Source of the DNA: an uncultured Gammaproteobacteria bacterium
GTDB lineage: Bacteria > Patescibacteriota > Microgenomatia > UBA8517
Direction: 5' to 3'
Length of the DNA stretch: 64,000 bases
Assembly (NCBI GenBank): GCA_965231135.1
Contig: OZ246419.1
Location: 641,488-705,487, forward strand
The notes beneath the pieces are model-generated. The model worked only from the letters and a program-made list of their open reading frames with translations, was not told where the DNA came from and did not search any database. The translations under genes were made by a program, and so were the position numbers. Positions 60,173-64,000 of the stretch are shown here, piece by piece. The number at the start of each line of letters is the position of its first letter. The stretch's first letter is position 1.

Positions 60173-61189
60173 CTATTCTTTAGTATTCTTTTGTTTACTC
60201 AGTAGTTGCGCTAAAGTAGTTATTTCTTCGTCTGTAGCAAGATTATTTGCATATTCATTGTTGTTTTTTGATTTTTCAGCATTTTTCCTCTTTTCACTAT
60301 TTTTTCTCTTTTGAATTTCTCTACTAAATAAAATTTTTACGGAAGAAATTCCGGCGGTTAATGCAAGAAGAAATGTTGCCGAGATTAAAAGATTTTCTTT
60401 ATTCGTTTCGTTATCAACTTGTTGTTTTAATATATCATTATCTGCAACTAAGACGGGGGCTTGGGTATTTGTAGTTATATTTATAGTTTTACTATTAGTA
60501 TTTATTATACTAGAATTCATATCTGCTTCAGCTTTGAGAATATTCTTTTTAAGAGTTTCGTAATCAGAGTTGTTAGTTGACTCTTGAAGAGTATCTTGGA
60601 ATGCCAAATCGCTATCAACGTTTTTTTTGGCTACTTGGTACTCCTGAATTGATTGATAAATATCGTCCAATTCTTTATTAACAAAAACATTCATCCCTTC
60701 TCCATTCATGCTAGCGAAATTTCGCATCCACGTATCTCCGTTTAAATACTGATATAACTCAGAGAAATGTCCCCGAGGACCCACCAATGTTTGAGAGAAA
60801 CTAAGATAATCAGTAAGCAGCGGATCGGTTATTGTTGACTGATGTGTATACGGATAATTCAGTCCGTCAAATCGGTCTTGATCAACACTATCTTTAGAGA
60901 TAAGTTCGTTAATTAAATAAGGATTCTCGTCAATGAATTTGAAAATAGGATGACTTCCAAACTCATTTCTTAAGCTATCCAGTGTTTTTGTAACCAAAGT
61001 AACATTATCAGGTTCTGATATTACTATTTCAGGTTTGACTGGTTGTGTGATTGTTGTAGTTTTAATATTTAATGCCTGCTGTAAGTCACTTTTTGTTACA
61101 TCACTATTGTATGCATTTATACCTGTCCAAACCCCAGCTAAGGTAGCTGTAGCAAATATTATTCTTGACAGTCTGTTTTCTGAAGACAT
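60173..61189 (-). CDS. Secreted/membrane-anchored hypothetical protein, occupying the slot where uppS-cdsA-dxr usually lie
   Basis: N-terminal hydrophobic segment plus a C-terminal TM helix; 338 aa. Confidence 0.45.
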   Translation of the reverse strand: MSSENRLSRIIFATATLAGVWTGINAYNSDVTKSDLQQALNIKTTTITQPVKPEIVISEPDNVTLVTKTLDSLRNEFGSHPIFKFIDENPYLINELISKDSVDQDRFDGLNYPYTHQSTITDPLLTDYLSFSQTLVGPRGHFSELYQYLNGDTWMRNFASMNGEGMNVFVNKELDDIYQSIQEYQVAKKNVDSDLAFQDTLQESTNNSDYETLKKNILKAEADMNSSIINTNSKTINITTNTQAPVLVADNDILKQQVDNETNKENLLISATFLLALTAGISSVKILFSREIQKRKNSEKRKNAEKSKNNNEYANNLATDEEITTLAQLLSKQKNTKE

Positions 61190-61212
61190 GGAGAAATTAT
61201 AATACTATAAGA

Positions 61213-61767
61213 CTAAAGTTGCAACAGTTCTGACTTCTTGCGCTCGCCCATTTCTTCAATTTTTCCTACAAATTCATCGGTTGCATTCTGAAGATTTTTT
61301 TCGAAAGCAAATTTTTCATCTTCTGTAATTTTTTTCTCATCAAATTCTCCCTTTATGCTATGCATTACATCAGCTCTTATTTGTCTTATTGCAACTCTAC
61401 TTTCTTCAAGCTTTGCGTTTAATAAGCGTACAAACTTTTCGCGATCTTCTGTTGTTAATGGCGGAACCATAATTCTAATTATTTCTCCATCGATATTTGG
61501 ATTCATACCAACGTTTGCTGCTTCAATTCCCTTTTTAATTTCACCAATAATTGATTTATCCCAAGGATCAATAACCAAGCTTTGTGGATCTGGAGAGCTC
61601 ACTGATGCAACTTCTAAAATCCTTAATCTTTGGGTTCCTCCATAAACCATAATTTCCAGATTTTGAACCATTGCAGGAGTTGCGCGGCCTGAACGGATTG
61701 TGCCGATTGTAGTTTGCAAGGATGCAATTATCCCTTGCATTTTTTGGCGAACTAAATTTTCATCCAT
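61213..61767 (-). CDS. frr: Ribosome recycling factor
   Basis: 184 aa; RRF throughout. Confidence 0.9.
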   Translation of the reverse strand: MDENLVRQKMQGIIASLQTTIGTIRSGRATPAMVQNLEIMVYGGTQRLRILEVASVSSPDPQSLVIDPWDKSIIGEIKKGIEAANVGMNPNIDGEIIRIMVPPLTTEDREKFVRLLNAKLEESRVAIRQIRADVMHSIKGEFDEKKITEDEKFAFEKNLQNATDEFVGKIEEMGERKKSELLQL

Positions 61768-61778
61768 TTATTTGGAGT

Positions 61779-62237
61779 TTATTTTCCCACTTCTATTCTA
61801 GCAAATTTTCCAATTCTTATATTTTCTCCGGTTTTTGCAATTACTTCTTTTACCAAATCGCTGATTGTTTTTGAAGTATCCTTAATAAATTCTTGTGATT
61901 CTAATTCTTTGACATCTTTTGGATCCATTGCTGAAATTTGAAGTGCAATATTTTTTCCTAGTTCAACTGTTAATTCATTTTTGGCAACGAAATCTGTTTC
62001 ACAAAGAATTGAAACTAAAACTCCAACTTTTCCATTGTGATGAATATAGCTTGCAACAATTCCCTGACCAGTTTCGCGGTCAGCTCTTTTGGCAACTTTT
62101 TCAAAACCTTCTTTTTTGAGAATTTCCAAGGCTTTTTTTTCGTCACCTGCAACAATTTCCAAAACTGCTTTAACACGCATAACTCCAGCGCCTGTTTCTT
62201 CACGAAGTTTTTTAATTAAATCAACTGAAATTGCCAT
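61779..62237 (-). CDS. tsf: Elongation factor Ts, short form
   Basis: N-terminal LIKKLREETGAGVMRVKAVLE UBA-like region and a core dimerisation domain; 152 aa. Confidence 0.8.
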   Translation of the reverse strand: MAISVDLIKKLREETGAGVMRVKAVLEIVAGDEKKALEILKKEGFEKVAKRADRETGQGIVASYIHHNGKVGVLVSILCETDFVAKNELTVELGKNIALQISAMDPKDVKELESQEFIKDTSKTISDLVKEVIAKTGENIRIGKFARIEVGK

Positions 62238-62238
62238 A

Positions 62239-62967
62239 TTAACTTAATGCATTCTTAACCAAATCAAGAACATATTCAACTGCTCCTGCAGCATCGTCAT
62301 TCATTGGGATTGGATAATCAATTAAATCTGGGTTTGCATTACTGTCAACTAATCCAATAACTGGGATTTTGACTTTTTTGCTTTCAAGAACTGCTCCGTT
62401 TTCTTTGTGAGTATCAATAATAAAAACTAAATCTGGAAGTTTATTTAAATTTGCAATTCCTGAGAAGTTTTTTTCAAGATCTTCAATTTCTCGAGCTAAT
62501 AATAATTTTTCTTTTTTGGTATATGTTGCGTAAGCTCCATTTTTCATATCGGTCTTCATTTGATCAAGCTTTTTAATTGATTTTTTGATTTGATCAAAAT
62601 TTGTAAAAGTTCCGCCTAAAAATCTTTGAATAATATATGGAGAATTTGTAGCAACTGCTACTTCTTTTGTTTTTTCCTGAGCTTGTTTTTTGGTTCCAAC
62701 AAATAAAACTACTTTGCCATTTTTCTTAGCTTCTTTTAATACTGCAAGAGCTTCGTCCAATTTTGCCTTTGTTTTTGGGAGATCAAAAACACTGACTCCA
62801 TCTTCTGTGCCATAAATAAAATCTCTCATTTTTGGATTCCATCTTTTTGCTTGATGGCCATAATGAGCACCAACTTCAAGAAGTTTTTCTAATGAAACTT
62901 CGCTTTTAACAGTTTTTGGTTTTGTTTCTTTAACTGCTACTTTTTTGGTTGTTTTCTTTTCTGCCAT
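62239..62967 (-). CDS. rpsB: Ribosomal protein S2
   Basis: 242 aa; LLEVGAHYGHQAKRWNPKM. Confidence 0.9.
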   Translation of the reverse strand: MAEKKTTKKVAVKETKPKTVKSEVSLEKLLEVGAHYGHQAKRWNPKMRDFIYGTEDGVSVFDLPKTKAKLDEALAVLKEAKKNGKVVLFVGTKKQAQEKTKEVAVATNSPYIIQRFLGGTFTNFDQIKKSIKKLDQMKTDMKNGAYATYTKKEKLLLAREIEDLEKNFSGIANLNKLPDLVFIIDTHKENGAVLESKKVKIPVIGLVDSNANPDLIDYPIPMNDDAAGAVEYVLDLVKNALS

Positions 62968-63060
62968 TTTATTTTGTTTCCCTTAGTCCGCCATCTACCA
63001 GAAGTGATCAGGGAAAACCTGATAGATGTGTGTAACTGGTATTATATTAGATTTGGTTGT
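62968..63060 (-). promoter_or_regulatory. Structured 5' leader of rpsB-tsf: nested hairpins CAUCUA[UCAGG-UUUUC-CCUGA]...UAGAUG, followed by an AAGGGA Shine-Dalgarno
   Basis: Base pairing derived by hand from the reverse complement. Confidence 0.3.
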
Positions 63061-63138
63061 GAGAAGCAAATTCATTTAAGGCTGATATTTGTTTTTCTTT
63101 TAAATTAATTTTATTAAATAGATATCCACCTGAAAAGA

Positions 63139-63408
63139 TTAAATCCGTCCACCGATTGCTGTCAAAAATCTAACTAAATTTGCGACTCCATCTGCCGGAA
63201 TATAATTTAGTGCACGCACGTCTACTGCAATTCCAAGGCCAAATTGAAACACACACATAATAGCTGCAATATTTCTTTCGTAAGTTTTTTCACTTATACT
63301 ATATTCAATACTCGAAAAGACTTCCGCTTTGCCAGAGTCAATAAGAAAGATTTTATCTTCTCCTTGTACATTTTGTCTAAGAACCTGTATTTGATTTTCT
63401 AATGACAT
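63139..63408 (-). CDS. Hypothetical protein (start trimmed to avoid a 41-nt overlap)
   Basis: ORF with an internal Met (MSLENQ); possible roadblock-like alpha/beta fold, weak. Confidence 0.3.
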   Translation of the reverse strand: MSLENQIQVLRQNVQGEDKIFLIDSGKAEVFSSIEYSISEKTYERNIAAIMCVFQFGLGIAVDVRALNYIPADGVANLVRFLTAIGGRI

Positions 63409-63415
63409 ATTATTT

Positions 63416-63670
63416 TTATAACCAGTTATCGGTATCTTCCATTCCACGTTGAGCATCGTCTGCTTTCTTTAATGCTCTTGCCCTAAGTAATTTTGGTTCG
63501 TCACTATCTATAAGAATCGCATTTGCTCTAACTAGAGCTTCAAACGTATTTATTTTTTCTAAAGTTTCTTCAGGATCGTTAATTTGTGCATCAAACCTAG
63601 CTGGAACTAAATATTCTACTAATAATTGTTCTTGGATACTAAGCGGTTGTGTTTCTCTGCTTTTTCCCAT
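63416..63670 (-). CDS. Hypothetical acidic helical protein
   Basis: 84-aa ORF. Confidence 0.3.
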   Translation of the reverse strand: MGKSRETQPLSIQEQLLVEYLVPARFDAQINDPEETLEKINTFEALVRANAILIDSDEPKLLRARALKKADDAQRGMEDTDNWL

Positions 63671-63691
63671 AGAAGTATTATACCAAAAACA

Positions 63692-63973
63692 CTATAGGTT
63701 TTCAAGATTACACTTTTTTTCTTTTAAATTTAAAATGGTTTGATCTAATTTTCTGCTCGTAAATACGCATAAAATTGCAAAACCACTGAATAATAAATAT
63801 GCTGGTACTTCTGCCGTATCAACATAGTTTTTTGTAGTTATTTCATAAAATATATTTAAAATTTCAAATCCCGCTATTGAAGCTGCAGGTATTTTGAAAA
63901 GTCTGCTTTGAATTTTATGTTTTTTTATTTCGGAATTAAGACGACCAATTGCTTCAAGATTATCTGCAGACAT
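63692..63973 (-). CDS. Small 2-TM membrane protein
   Basis: 93-aa ORF with two hydrophobic helices. Confidence 0.3.
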   Translation of the reverse strand: MSADNLEAIGRLNSEIKKHKIQSRLFKIPAASIAGFEILNIFYEITTKNYVDTAEVPAYLLFSGFAILCVFTSRKLDQTILNLKEKKCNLENL

Positions 63974-64000
63974 GAATTTATTTTACTGCTTCTACCAAGT

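Noticed and set aside
1-64000. CRISPR arrays or other regularly spaced direct repeats
   Set aside because: No repeat-spacer periodicity seen in any intergenic region. The only repetitive nucleotide tract (about 960-1340) is coding, encoding the Thr/Pro linker.

Overview
Low-GC (about one-third G+C by eye) bacterial chromosomal segment, densely packed with short genes, many overlapping by 4 nt (ATGA) and many lacking obvious Shine-Dalgarno sequences. The backbone is housekeeping: gyrA; a XerC/D-family recombinase; YebC; a CPA2/Kef-type antiporter; rluA; a DksA/TraR zinc-finger protein; efp; tRNA-Leu(CAA); dnaB; a HisRS catalytic core; a P-type ATPase; rpmE followed by an RF1-like factor; HtrA and CtpA proteases; rpsF-ssb-rpsR; ychF; cysS; recR-ybaB-dnaX; ybeY; a HIT protein; proS; rseP; frr-tsf-rpsB. 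Between these lie many small secreted or membrane-anchored hypothetical proteins. Several informational proteins look minimised: EF-Ts of 152 aa, ProRS without an editing domain, HisRS without an anticodon-binding domain, and RF1 without domain 1. In the usual rpsB-tsf-(pyrH)-frr-(uppS-cdsA-dxr)-rseP-proS arrangement the biosynthetic genes are absent. This is consistent with, but does not prove, a reduced-genome (Patescibacteria/CPR-like) organism; that is inference from gene content. An accessory-looking stretch at about 40.3-50.5 kb carries two Fic/Doc-family genes (one class II with an internal SxxxEG inhibitory motif, one paired with a 70-aa upstream partner), a cassette of a 116-aa protein plus a 115-aa minimal GNAT, and several orphan genes including one with an unusually canonical promoter and RBS. 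Other notable items are a compositionally foreign GC-rich gene at 400-1749, a 786-bp ORF-free AT-rich gap beside the recombinase, a tandem-duplicated GH130-like protein, a trypsin-like protease fused to a DUF4234-like membrane domain, and two unlisted small membrane peptides. No CRISPR array, rRNA or obvious mobile element was seen.
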